From Eledone cirrhosa (Eukaryota), in the NCBI GenBank assembly GCA_964016885.1, contig CAXHJY010000834.1:252025-316024 (forward strand): 64,000 nt of DNA, written 5' to 3'. The notes under the pieces are model-generated. The model made no database searches. It was not told the DNA's origin and worked only from the letters and a program-made list of their open reading frames with translations. Of this stretch, positions 29,045 through 42,127 are shown one piece after another. The position numbers and the translations under genes were made by a program. Positions within the stretch are counted from its first letter, which is position 1. Every line of letters begins with the position of its first letter.

Positions 29045-30127
29045 CTCTTTCGCATTAACAGAAGTTTGGTAAATACATTTTTAATAATACTTTTGTAGTG
29101 TTACCGAGGCATTTGTAATGTTATTTATGTATATATTTAAAACATATTTGTTATGTTATTCTACTGTAAATTTATTTATATGCTCTGTTAATATTTTCAT
29201 TCTGAAGGAATTGCAAACGATTTGTAACGTTGTTTGTGCAACTATGAAGTATATATTTGTGAAATAAATTAGTTATACATAATACTTTTGCAAGCAAACA
29301 CGCAAATACATGATACCTGATACGCAACACCACACAATTCAAAAATGGTTATTTGTTCTTCGTGTATTGTCATATAACTTCGGCGAAAGTTATATTTACT
29401 AAATTAGTAACATAGCGGCTTTGTGTTATGGTCGATATATTTCATTTCCTATGTAATCAGGGTAAATCATTTAGCCAAATATTCATCATCATCATCATCA
29501 TCATAATGAACACTTACTTACTTGCACACATTCTCTGGTCACACTGTATCAGGCACAGCAATCTTCTTTCGCCTACATTCTACACAACATTGACCACACG
29601 ACTGAGCAATCCAAGTGAGGACACACAACAACTGAATCAACTCCACAACCCACCCTTCTCATCCAGCATCCAACACGATATTATTTCAGCCGCTATATCG
29701 TAAATATATATATGTTTCACTTTTGAATTATTATAGCTCTGGATAAAGTCTATTGAGCTTTTTTATTAAGAAGCACAAAAATCAAACATATTTGATATGT
29801 TTTGATATCTCACATGTGTGTCTGTGTGTGTGTGCGTGTGCGGGTGTGTGTGCGTGTGTGTACATGTGTATTTATATGTGTCTGTACGTGTGTTTATGTA
29901 CATGTGTTAAATCACATACAAACATCATATATTGATATACTTCTGCATACATACGCATGCGTGTTCCAGCTAATGTACGCTTTGGATTAGCAGAATTGGT
30001 AGAGTGTCACATAAAATTGACTTGTGGTGTCTAGTTCAAATACTACCAAGTGTCGATTAGAATAAAGTAGCACTCGATTTATATTTCCCTAATTATTAGT
30101 AGATACGCGTGAGTGAACTTATGATAG

Positions 30128-30289
<162 letters not shown>

Positions 30290-30559
30290 TACATGATGGC
30301 TGTCCCCTCGTTATCGAGTATGGCCATTGCACGATATACCATTATTAATAATTATTAATTAATTCTATCGTGCAATGCCTGTGCGTGAAGATATTTTTTA
30401 AATTGAGGAAAGACTGTGCACTGAGCCAATCCCACTCTCTGAGCGAGAGTAGCTATAACCCGAAAAGAAGAAAAGATCAACATCATGGTAACTACTGAGC
30501 CGCATGTTTTATATCGGAGTTATCCCAGTTTCCTGAGTTGCCTTCTAGAAGAATGCCCT

Positions 30560-30825
30560 GACAAAGGCTAGGGGTTCTTCACTCCCAGTGGTTTAACCGC
30601 GCAGTACATGTGTATATACATATTTACACACTTTCGGATGGCCGTTGACCCTTATGAGTTCTTCCACCCTTGGTCAGGTTTTGTTTTTCGTCCTGCAGGG
30701 TGTCCAAAATCACCCTCCTCACCAAGTAAACTTGGTGGGGTTGCCGATTTAGTCGCCGACGACCCGATCATGCGACAGGTTGTACTGGGTTACATGTTAC
30801 CAGTAGCACTCAAGAGTGACCTGAC
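30560..30825 (-). mobile_element. Probable 5' UTR fragment of an RTE-like LINE or derived SINE
   Basis: GC-richer structured block containing GTCGTCGGCGACTAAA, resembling motifs recalled from RTE 5' ends; recognition only. Confidence 0.4.
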
Positions 30826-30957
30826 ATACATACGCACACACACACACACACACACATATAGATACATATGTTAAAATTCATCTCTTTTTTTTCCTCTTTC
30901 TTTCTTTTTGGGTTTTCCCTTTCCTTTATATTATATTTGTTTGCGCTTTCGTCCTGT

Positions 30958-31118
30958 AAGCGCCATGCTTTGCAGCATAGAGTTACGGCCCTTTGCTGTC
31001 TGAGTTCAAATCCCGCCGGGGTTAACTTTTCCTTTCATCCTTACGGAGTCGATAAAATAAAGCACCAGTAATGCACTGGGATAATTGCTGGCCTTGTGCC
31101 AAAAATAGAAACAATTAT
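30958..31118 (+). mobile_element. tRNA-derived SINE (family also at 35298, 59120, 59450, 63200)
   Basis: GAGTTCAAATCCCGCC B-box followed by CTTTCATCCTTACGGAGTCGATAAAATAAAGCACCAGT; closely matches 35298-35477. Confidence 0.85.
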
Positions 31119-31275
31119 ATTTTTTTTCAATATATATATTACATTCAAAGTTATAGATATCATGTTTCAGATAATCTCAAACATGCATCTGAAATATATA
31201 TATATATATATACACAGTTCAAGAGTAACCACTCTTAAAGAGAGAGATGGAGGTAGGAGAGGAGATAGGGGAGGA

Positions 31276-33640
31276 GACATTGACAGCTATTACGCTTCAA
31301 TAACCCCGGAACTGCTCAACAAAGCATTAACCCTAGCCAGCACCAACTCTGACATACCAATAATGAGATTGACATCATACTTATGGCTAGGCAGACCATC
31401 ATTGAATTCAACGGAGCACTCTGGACTAGAAAAGACAGAACAGACAACTTTGACATCACGATGGGCTCAAGTGACTCTGCGCAAATCACCGATTTAGTTG
31501 GAATTTACCTATTACATAACATCAGAGTCGAAATCCAACCCTTGCAAGGCGGAATATACAGAGACGACGCCCTATTTGCAGTCCACAATTGCACTAATCG
31601 AAGCATTGACTTGCTCAAAAAACAATTACATATATTCTTTAAAAATAACGGTCTCTCTCTATCAACATCGAGCCGAACCATAAAGTAGTAAACTTTCTAG
31701 ACGTTACCCTGGATCTTAACAATAACCTATATTACCCTTACCATAAACCAGGTGAAATACTTACATATATTAGCCCACACTCTAACCACCCACCGGCAGT
31801 CATCAGAGCAGTAATCAAATCTATGTCGTATAGGATCTCCATGCTATCAGCAAATGAGGAGATATTTATAAACCATGCAGCATATTATAATAAGGCTCTT
31901 TCTGAATCTGGTTATGAACAGTCCATTTACTACATACCTAAATGCCATAACACAGCAATTCACCACAACCATAATAAACTTAACACTAGAACTAGAAATA
32001 CCTTAGCATATAGCCAGATTCGCCGGAACTTTAGCATTAACAGCACCTATACAGGGAACCTTAATGGTGGCAGTGGCCTGCTTCCCACTCCAAGTAGCAA
32101 ACTAAAAATCAACCCTAGAATAGGAATGAGCAATGGGATAACAAATGCCCAGGTAATAATAACCCTATGAAGGCCCCTACCAACTCCACTAGGACCCCTA
32201 GAAGGAATAGGCCTAGAAATATCACCTGGCTTAACCCCCCATTCTCATTTAATCTAGCCACTAATATCCCTAAACGCTTCTTCTCTATCCTATCTAAACA
32301 TCCCCCCCCCCCCAAGCATAGATATTACAAACTCTTTAATAAAAATAACATTAAAATCTCATTCTCCACAACACCTAACCTAGCTAGCCACATCGCATTC
32401 AGTAACCATCATAAACTAAGACAGTATAACTCCCACACCGCGGTACCCCCCCCCCCCATCAAATACACCACGCCACTACACCAATACTTACTCTAGTAGC
32501 ACACCTCCCCCATCTAATCCTTCTAGCACTGACCAACCGCTTAGGTTAAACAACCCTACTCTCACTAACCGCAGAAGTAACTGCAACTGCCGTTACCCTA
32601 ATGCATGCCCACTAAATAGACATTGCCTGACACCCAACATAGTCTATAGGTGCACGGTTAAAACTGCTTCGCATACCAGCTCCTATATCGGGTCTACCTC
32701 TAACCCTTTTAAGGTACGCTATAACGCGCACTCTTTTTCCTTCCGAGACCCTAACAACAGATGTTCTACATCTCTAGCTAGGCTCATTAAAAACCTTAAA
32801 TTAACCAACATTGAACACTCACTAACATGGGATATCATGGCTAGGGCCCAACCGTTCAATGGACGAAGAAAATCTTGTGACCTCTGTCTTACCGAAGCAT
32901 ATTACATAACTCTATCACGACCTCTACCGATTAACGATAGAACGGAGGTAACTATTAACTGTCAACATCGAAGGGCTAATTCCTTCGCCAACAGAATATT
33001 TGACCCAACATAGTCATCTAGCACCATTTTTACTTGTAGTTAATAAGTTAAATAGCTATAACTAACTTAGATAATTATATGTTACCTCCCTTACATTGTG
33101 TCTCAATCAAAAAATAAAAAAATTACACTTAACTGTAAACTACCCACAATTTCTAATCTCTCGAGGAGTTACTTCCCCTGAAACCACCCTCTAATTAGTA
33201 AGGTAAATATGTCCATTGGCGGCCATCTTGTTACCCATAGGCAGATCTCACACAATGCAGCCTCGACAGAAGAATACTGCTCGACTATAGCAGACAATTG
33301 ATATACCCAGGACACCATAGTGAAATACAAATATATGGAACATTACATTTATGTAACATTCTTTCCTTATTTTAATTTATATTCCTTTTGAAGTTCCGAT
33401 GAGCTGCTCTATCTTTACCTATGTTAATTATTTTCAACTGAACCAGATCAATAATGATATATAATCATTTGATCCAGAAATATTATATGGAGTAGCGAAA
33501 CAATTGTAAACGGACATTATTATTATTATTAATATTATTATTATTATTCTCTACATTTCTTACATCAAACTATAATATGTTGACAATCTTTTAATAATGT
33601 CTTCCTTGTGAAATTTGTGGTCTTGTTTTGCTTAACTAAT

Positions 33641-33643
<3 letters not shown>
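31276..33643 (+). mobile_element. Penelope-like element (Naiad-like), 5'-truncated and frameshifted RT plus GIY-YIG endonuclease, with 3' pLTR
   Basis: RT motifs DSYYASITPELL, ITMGSSDSAQITDLVG, IYRDDAL; endonuclease CNCRYPNACPL..CLTPNIVY..YIGST...FKVRY..H...CDLCLTE ending at TAG 33011-33013; ends at (TA)n. Clade assignment is from memory of motifs. Confidence 0.9.
33393..33511 (+). ncRNA. Hammerhead motif with long stem II loop in the Penelope 3' region
   Basis: GTT-CCGATGA-GCTGCTCTAT...ATGGAGTAGC-GAAAC-AATT-GTA-AAC. Confidence 0.65.
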
Positions 33644-33710
<67 letters not shown>

Positions 33711-33855
33711 CCAAATGTTAAAACAAGGTTCATTGATTATTCAATTAATATAGTTTTACAATAGATTAAAAACACTCAATAAAGAAGTTTTCTGGAGTTA
33801 TTAATATTATTCAAAATATTAATAAATGGATACATTCACATAATCAAAATATATG

Positions 33856-33917
33856 TTTTATTATATATATTTCGGAGGTACTGTGGTGTTTTTTCAGTAC
33901 GTCCTCATCAGATAAAA
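33856..33917 (-). ncRNA. Minimal hammerhead ribozyme (left arm)
   Basis: Reverse-complement copy of 34017-34078 with one loop difference. Confidence 0.8.
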
Positions 33918-34016
33918 TACATAAATTGATTTATGACATACCTCAACTGTGCTGATGGTTCAATTCCAGTCTTGGCAGTCATCACAGTTGAGGTATGTCA
34001 TATATCAATTTATGTA

Positions 34017-34078
34017 TTTTATCTGATGAGGACGTACTGAAAAAACAGCACAGTACCTCCGAAATATATATAATAAAA
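34017..34078 (+). ncRNA. Minimal hammerhead ribozyme (right arm)
   Basis: TTTTAT-CTGATGA-GGACGTACTG..CAGTACCTCC-GAAA-TATATA-TA-ATAAAA. Confidence 0.8.
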
Positions 34079-34122
34079 CATATATTTTGATTATGTGAAT
34101 GTATCCATTTATTAATATTTTG

Positions 34123-34201
<79 letters not shown>

Positions 34202-34331
34202 TAGAAGTGGTATTTAATTTGTTGGAAGTCCGTCAAACATAAATGTTTATAACTGATTTAGAGCACTCAACAGATACTGTAAATATTCAATGATATTAAA
34301 TAAATGGAAACTATATTTATAAAACCATATT

Positions 34332-34396
34332 TATTTTATTATATATATTTCAAGGGTAACCAAGACAACATTGGTACGCTTTCATCAGATAAAATA
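34332..34396 (-). ncRNA. Minimal hammerhead ribozyme (left arm)
   Basis: Reverse complement of 34524-34588. Confidence 0.8.
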
Positions 34397-34523
34397 CAAA
34401 GTTTGTTTTATAAATAGAGACATGCCCATGAAAATCATACCTTATCGGTTGGAAATTCACTGGATAGTCAACCGATAAGGTATGATTTTCATGGGTATGT
34501 CTCTATTTATAAAACAAACTTTG

Positions 34524-34588
34524 TATTTTATCTGATGAAAGCGTACCAATGTTGTCTTGGTTACCCTTGAAATATATATAATAAAATA
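34524..34588 (+). ncRNA. Minimal hammerhead ribozyme (right arm)
   Basis: TATTTTAT-CTGATGA-AAGCGTACCAA..TTGGTTACCCTT-GAAA-TATATA-TA-ATAAAATA. Confidence 0.8.
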
Positions 34589-34629
34589 AATATGGTTTTA
34601 TAAATATAGCTTCCATTTATTTAATATCA

Positions 34630-34688
<59 letters not shown>

Positions 34689-34855
34689 AAAATTTCCGCT
34701 CTACATGGCTGAATACAATAAATGTAATCTGAGTTTTTCGATTATTAATAATAACATTCGATTCGTTTGCAATTATGCAAACAAGCCTCAATTTTATAGC
34801 CATGTCAGTAGAATGAACCCTTCATTCTTGCTCTTGTGTTGGCATGTGAACAGAA

Positions 34856-34899
34856 CTGCAGATACTAATGTTTCTGGGTATCACCCTTCATCAGTACAG
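34856..34899 (-). ncRNA. Minimal hammerhead motif (left arm; mirror copy at 35145-35188 +)
   Basis: Minus strand CTGTA-CTGATGA-AGGGTGATACCCA-GAAAC-ATTAGT-ATC-TGCAG; the right-arm copy has GTGATGA and GTC. Confidence 0.65.
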
Positions 34900-35297
34900 C
34901 TCGCTGTTCACCTGCCAAACTGTCAGAGCTAATGAAAATATATGCTATTTTCAAAAATACAGTGACTGATCGGCCTGACTGGCCAGTCTGCTGATATGCA
35001 AATCTGGCTGATCAGTGGATCTGCTAATATGCAGATCTGACTGATCGGCCAGTCTGCTAATATGCAAATCAGGCTATCACTGTGTATTTTTGAAAATAGC
35101 ATATATTTTCACTAGCTCTGACAGTTTGGCAGGTGAACAGTGAGCTGTAGTGATGAAGGGTGATACCCAGAAACATTAGTGTCTGCTGTTCACATGCCAA
35201 CACAAGAGTAAGAATGAAGGGTTCATTCTACTGACATGGCTATAAAATTGAGGGTTGTTTGCATAATTGCAAACGAATCGAATGTTATTATTAATAT

Positions 35298-35477
35298 GTG
35301 GATTGGGAGTATCGGTAGAGGGTCGGACGCCATGCTTTCCAGCATAGTTACGTCCCTTTATGATCTGAGTTCAAATCCCGCCGAGGTTGACTTTGCCTTT
35401 CATCCTTACGGGGTCGATAAAATAAAGTACCAGTAATGCACTGGGTGATTGCTGGCCTTGTGCCTAAAGTAGAAACA
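35298..35477 (+). mobile_element. tRNA-derived SINE with 11-bp target-site duplication ATTATTAATAT
   Basis: TSD at 35287-35297 and 35478-35488; the empty site is visible in the opposite foldback arm. Confidence 0.92.
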
Positions 35478-35526
35478 ATTATTAATATTCGAAAAACTCA
35501 GATTACATTTATATATATATATATAC

Positions 35527-35652
35527 AAATTTATAATGGTATTATAATGAAATAGTATGATAGAATATTAAATGTTAAGTGTTAATTGAACAATTAACAC
35601 TTAACATTTAATATTCTATCATACTATTTCATTATAATACCATTATAAATTT
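35527..35652. repeat. Perfect 62-bp-arm palindrome with 2-nt loop next to (TA)n
   Basis: AAATTTATAATGG...GTGTTAATTG-AA-CAATTAACAC...CCATTATAAATTT. Confidence 0.95.
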
Positions 35653-35743
35653 TAAAGGATTGTAAATAAAACGAGTAAATCAGACAAAGTTGGATTCCTC
35701 TTATTAATATAATCTTCTATACACAATCATACATACCCGTGTA

Positions 35744-37680
<1,937 letters not shown>

Positions 37681-37778
37681 ATCTTATATTATTTATACTC
37701 CAGTCCTACAAACTGTAGAGTGCTACTTATCCGATATTTGCATTGCTTTATTGTGCTACAATAAAACTTACCTCCTAC

Positions 37779-37853
<75 letters not shown>

Positions 37854-38055
37854 GGTGGCGGACTGGGTCTAAAATATATTGGTTGCCAGGAGATGAAGGG
37901 GGCCCAAATACATATAGAATGCTATCATTTAATTTTTGGAAACAAAAGTGGAAACAAAACATTCAAATCAATTTTTTGCGCAAAAATATCTTACCTTCTA
38001 CAATAGAAAATATAATGTATTTTGCGAAATTCAGAGACTTTCAATGATGACCATA

Positions 38056-38507
38056 AGTCGACCCTAAATATTACTAATAGCTCTAGGAAAGCCATGAACG
38101 AAACCACATCTTTTTAACTTTGATTTTGAAAGTAGGTTTATAATTATCAATTTTCATTGTACTTTTGTAGCTGTCTCAGTGGCCTAGTTGGAGGAATCAT
38201 AGACGGTGGTGATCTTGGTCTGAAGTTCGAATCTGGTCGGGAGTAGGGTTCCCGGTAAACCTTTTCAGTTTTTTGAATTGGCTGTAAAATAAAAACTGAA
38301 AAAGGTTACAAGTACTACTTGACCAGGATAGAACCCAACACTAGAATCTCCACAGTCTCTAGTACCTACCGCTAGGCCATAGAGACAACTACGAAAGTCT
38401 TATGAAAATTCATACTTATAAACGTACTTTGAATTTTCAAAAGAAAGTGCTTTGGTATCGTTCATTTATGTCTTTCTTAATGTTATTGCTCCTACTTAAG
38501 GTCGACT
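38056..38507. mobile_element. Imperfect palindromic element with two convergent tRNA-like units (copy 1)
   Basis: Termini AGTCGACC/GGTCGACT; A/B boxes TGGCCTAGTTGG and GTTCGAATC on +, TGGCCTAGCGG and GGTTCTATCC on -. Confidence 0.65.
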
Positions 38508-38608
38508 GCTAAATGATTTGGGTGTTCCATAAACTACATCCTCGTTTTGTTTCACATCTATCTAGACTATATTTTAACTTGTAATCCATGTTTCATTTCT
38601 GTTGCACC

Positions 38609-38695
<87 letters not shown>

Positions 38696-38781
38696 ATATT
38701 TGAATCTACTATGATTTGGGCTTACTTTATTCACATATACATGTTTTTGCATGTCAGACTCAAACTTACAATGATTGGCAT

Positions 38782-38813
<32 letters not shown>

Positions 38814-38850
38814 TATTGAAGTTTGCTTGAAGCATTGTGGAATAATAAGT

Positions 38851-40818
38851 AAATATCTTTAAGTCGTTTGGAAGCCTCGACAATGCAAATGGGTAAATCT
38901 CCGGGTAACAAGATCCGATGGTGGAGAGAGAGATGTAAGTGGGTGTACGTTGAGATGCGTGGTGTGTATAAGATGTGTGAGATGTGTAGAATGAAGGGAA
39001 GAGTATAAAGGATAAAATTTAAATAAAAACACAAGAGAGAGTTACCTTGGGAGAGATTTAATAGTCCCTATATATTTCGGATTCACATCCATCAACTGGG
39101 GTTTTTTTCCGAGGTGGGGGAAAAGGTTGTCTGTCGGACAGGTGCGGAGCGCGTCCTCCGCTGTTTGTTGTTTTGAATATCTGAGGTATTCGGCAGAGCG
39201 CGCGTGCGCGTGAAATGGGGTCGGTCGGGCAGAGGTCAGCGGCCGAATGAGGGAGTGGGAAGGCGCTAGCTGTCAGTCCATTCTCTGCCTGTTTGTTAAA
39301 TGTTACTGTGTGTGTGTGTGTGCGTGTGTTGTTGTCTCGCTTGAGTGTGTGTGTGCGTGCGTGTGTTGTTGCCTTGTTCCTCTGTATTGGCAGTGTAGTA
39401 TGTTCGTATGGTGGAATGCTACTGTGTGTGTGTGCGTGTGTGTAGTTGTCTCGTTTGTGTGTGTGTGTGTGTGCGTGTGTTGTGTTTTGCTGCATCGTTT
39501 GTTAACTTAAACCAGCCATCTCATTTCGCTTCTCTCTGATCGGTTGTTTATTTGCGGTTGCAGGCGTTTGATAAAAAGCGCTTCCTTGATACGTAACGTG
39601 CCGACGTTTCTTTCAGTCGCTAGAATTGTGACAATGGGCCTTCCGTCTTTGTTTCCGCATTTGTCTATATGTTTCTGGAAAGACGAGGCTCTGGTTTTAG
39701 TGTGTTCCTTGATCCGGATGTGCAAAGGTCGGATTGTGCTACCTATGTAGTATTGGTTGCACCTGTCACATTCTATCTTATACACGACGTATGTGCGTAG
39801 GCAACAGTTCGCATGGCGTATCAGGCAGTCTCTGAGGGAGCATGCGTCAGTAGATTTTTCAGGTTTCCTGGAGAGGCATCTTTGCAGGGAGGGGCCCGAG
39901 TGGGCCAGGTGGATGTCGAGGCCCTCCCTCCGTATAGCCTTGCGGATAGCGTTGGTGGTATTCTCGCCCAGGTGTGGCATTTTAAGGAAGCACTTGCCTT
40001 GGGTGCCTCTCTGTCTCTTGCGTCTGGTGTCTCCTATTCTGTCTGTGATCGAGGTAGGGTACCCGTTCGTCTCCAGCACCTCGAGGAATCGCTTGGTATG
40101 AGTGACACCACTCGCGGGATCGCTGCATCTGTTTTTGATTCGCGCGATCTCGTTCGTGATGTATCCTCTCTTGGCACTGTTAGGGAGGGCGGACTTGTAG
40201 TGAACGAACAGGTCCCTGCAGGCTGCCTTTCGGTAGAAGTTGCAGTGGATCCTACCCTGTTCCGTGATGTTGATTCGGAAGTCGAGGAGGGCAAGTGACC
40301 CGTCTTCGTTGGGGTGTTCAACACTGAAGTCAATGTTCTCGTCCGTGTTGTTGAACGTCTCATAGATTCTGTTCGCCGTGTCTTGGGAAGATGTGAGGAT
40401 GAGGATATCGTCCACGTACCTTGAGAAAAAGGCTACGGCGTTGGGGTGGCAGGCGTTGAGTGCCTTGCGTTCGAGGTTGTCCATGTAAGAGATCGCTAGC
40501 ACACCTGATAGGCTAGATCCCATGGGCAATCCCGAGGTTTGTTGGTATGTTTGGTCAAGGAATCCGAAGTAGGACGATGGATAGGAGTATATATATATAT
40601 GTATATATATATATATCTCCCAAGGTAACTCTCTCTTGTGTTGTTATTTTAATTTTATCCTTTATACTCTTCCCTTCATTCTACACATCTCACACATCTT
40701 ATACACACCACGCATCTCAACGTACACCCACTTACATCTCTCTCTCCACCACCGGATCTTGTTACCCGGAGATTTACCTATTTGCATTGCCGAGGCTTCC
40801 AAACGACTTAAAGATATT

Positions 40819-40820
<2 letters not shown>
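38851..40820 (-). mobile_element. Penelope-like element, 5'-truncated RT plus GIY-YIG with an inverted pLTR copy upstream
   Basis: ORF 39507-40529: PMGSSLSGVLA, RYVDDIL, VVYKIECDRCNQYYIGSTIRPLHIRIKEH; 38851-39055 recurs inverted at 40615-40819. Confidence 0.93.
39507..40575 (-). pseudogene. Uninterrupted C-terminal part of a Penelope RT/GIY-YIG ORF
   Basis: 340-aa ORF in the track; the frame stays open upstream of the Met (SYFGFLDQTYQQTSGL); N-terminus missing. Confidence 0.88.
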
Positions 40821-40870
<50 letters not shown>

Positions 40871-40959
40871 GCTTGCTAAAATAATCAAATTAAATTAATT
40901 CAACAGTTAAACACACGTAGGAATAATAAGGCTGTTACCAAAGGGCCAGAAGATTGACA

Positions 40960-41381
40960 AGTCGACCCTAAATATTACTAATAGCTCTAGGAAAGCCATG
41001 AACGACACCACATATTTTTAACTGTGATTTTGAAAGTAGGTTTATAATTATCAATTTTCATTGTACTTTTCTAGCTGTCACGGTGGACTAGCTGGAGGAA
41101 TCATGGACGGTGGTGATCCTGGTCTGAAGTTCGAATCTGGTCGGGAGTAGGGTTCCCGGTAAACCTTTTCAGTTTTTTCTATTGGTTGTAAAATAAAAAC
41201 TGAAAAATGTTACATGTACCTCTTGAACAGGATTGAACCCAAGGCCAGGATTTCCACCGTCTCTAGTACGAAAATCTTATGGAAATTCATACCTATAAAC
41301 CTACTTTCAAAATTTTCAAAACAAGTATTGTGGTGTCGTTCATGTCTTTCTTAATGTTATTGCTCCTAGTTAAGGTCGACT
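40960..41381. mobile_element. Palindromic twin-tRNA-like element (copy 2, partial deletion in the second unit)
   Basis: Aligns with 38056-38507; shared flank continues to about 42250 across the MITE. Confidence 0.65.
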
Positions 41382-41441
41382 TCTAAATGATTTGAGTGTT
41401 CCATAAACTACATCCTGGTTTTGTTTCACATCTATCTAGAC

Positions 41442-41499
41442 CACAGGTTCTCAACCCATTTAGGCCAAACTAATTTTGTCCCTCGAAATCACGAAACGC

Positions 41500-41533
<34 letters not shown>

Positions 41534-42127
41534 ATTTTTCCATTTTTCAATATACTACTGATTTTTATATCAGTAGATTACTAAAAAATTGATTAACAAT
41601 ATTCCAAAGATGTGTGTATTATCTGATTATGTGTTTATGTGGTCTTAGATGTGTGTGCTACTCGCTTCTGTTTTTTCTTTTCTTTTTTTTTATTTGTAAT
41701 ATTAATTATACAATAGGGAATAAAATAGATCTACATAGTGTTAACTCGTTGCAGTTGAGTCAATAATTTCAGACATGAAATACATTGCTATCGGTGAAGG
41801 AAAGATAAGATTCTAACTGTCTGCACTCAAAGTGTCTTTGACCCAGTTGAGTAGGATCTCAATTACCGGTTAACGTCTCAATTACCGGACATGCCTGCAC
41901 ACCTGCTCACAGCTGCAGTTAGACTATAGTTATGCTGTCTGCAAGCTCATTCAAATGCATTCACATTGGCTGTCTCAAAGACAAACAAATATGGCTTATA
42001 AAACTTACCAAAATAAAGAGCCTTCCAGCGCCCCCTTAACGCGACCTTTCTCCCAAACGCCCCCCCCCCCCCCCGGAGTTCCGAAACGCCCCCCGGGGGT
42101 GCATATGCCCCCCGTTGAGAACCTTTG
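41442..42127. mobile_element. hAT (Charlie-like) non-autonomous DNA transposon
   Basis: TIRs CACAGGTTCTCAAC / GTTGAGAACCTTTG; 8-bp TSD ATCTAGAC on both sides; empty site at about 38560. Confidence 0.93.

Larger units (their letters stand above)
33809..34125. repeat. Foldback, 143-bp arms with 31-bp spacer
   Basis: 33809-33951 is the near-exact reverse complement of 33983-34125. Confidence 0.95.
34291..34629. repeat. Foldback, ~161-bp arms with 17-bp spacer
   Basis: 34291-34451 versus 34469-34629, reverse complement with few mismatches. Confidence 0.95.
34718..35512. repeat. Foldback, ~250-bp arms, right arm interrupted by a SINE; short tandem repeats in the spacer
   Basis: 34718-34966 versus 35077-35512 (excluding the SINE); spacer has CTGATCGGCCAGTCTGCTAATATGCAAAT-like repeats. 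Confidence 0.92.

Noticed and set aside
32578-33013. Selenocysteine-containing Penelope endonuclease
   Set aside because: Conserved cysteines are TGC/TGT with no in-frame TGA, and I saw no convincing SECIS.
38173-38244. Functional tRNA gene
   Set aside because: A/B boxes are present but the acceptor stem and cloverleaf do not pair cleanly; treated as tRNA-derived.
40780-40815. Hammerhead in the pLTR (TTGCCGA-GG..CC-AAAC)
   Set aside because: Both core boxes mismatch and there is no stem I or III.
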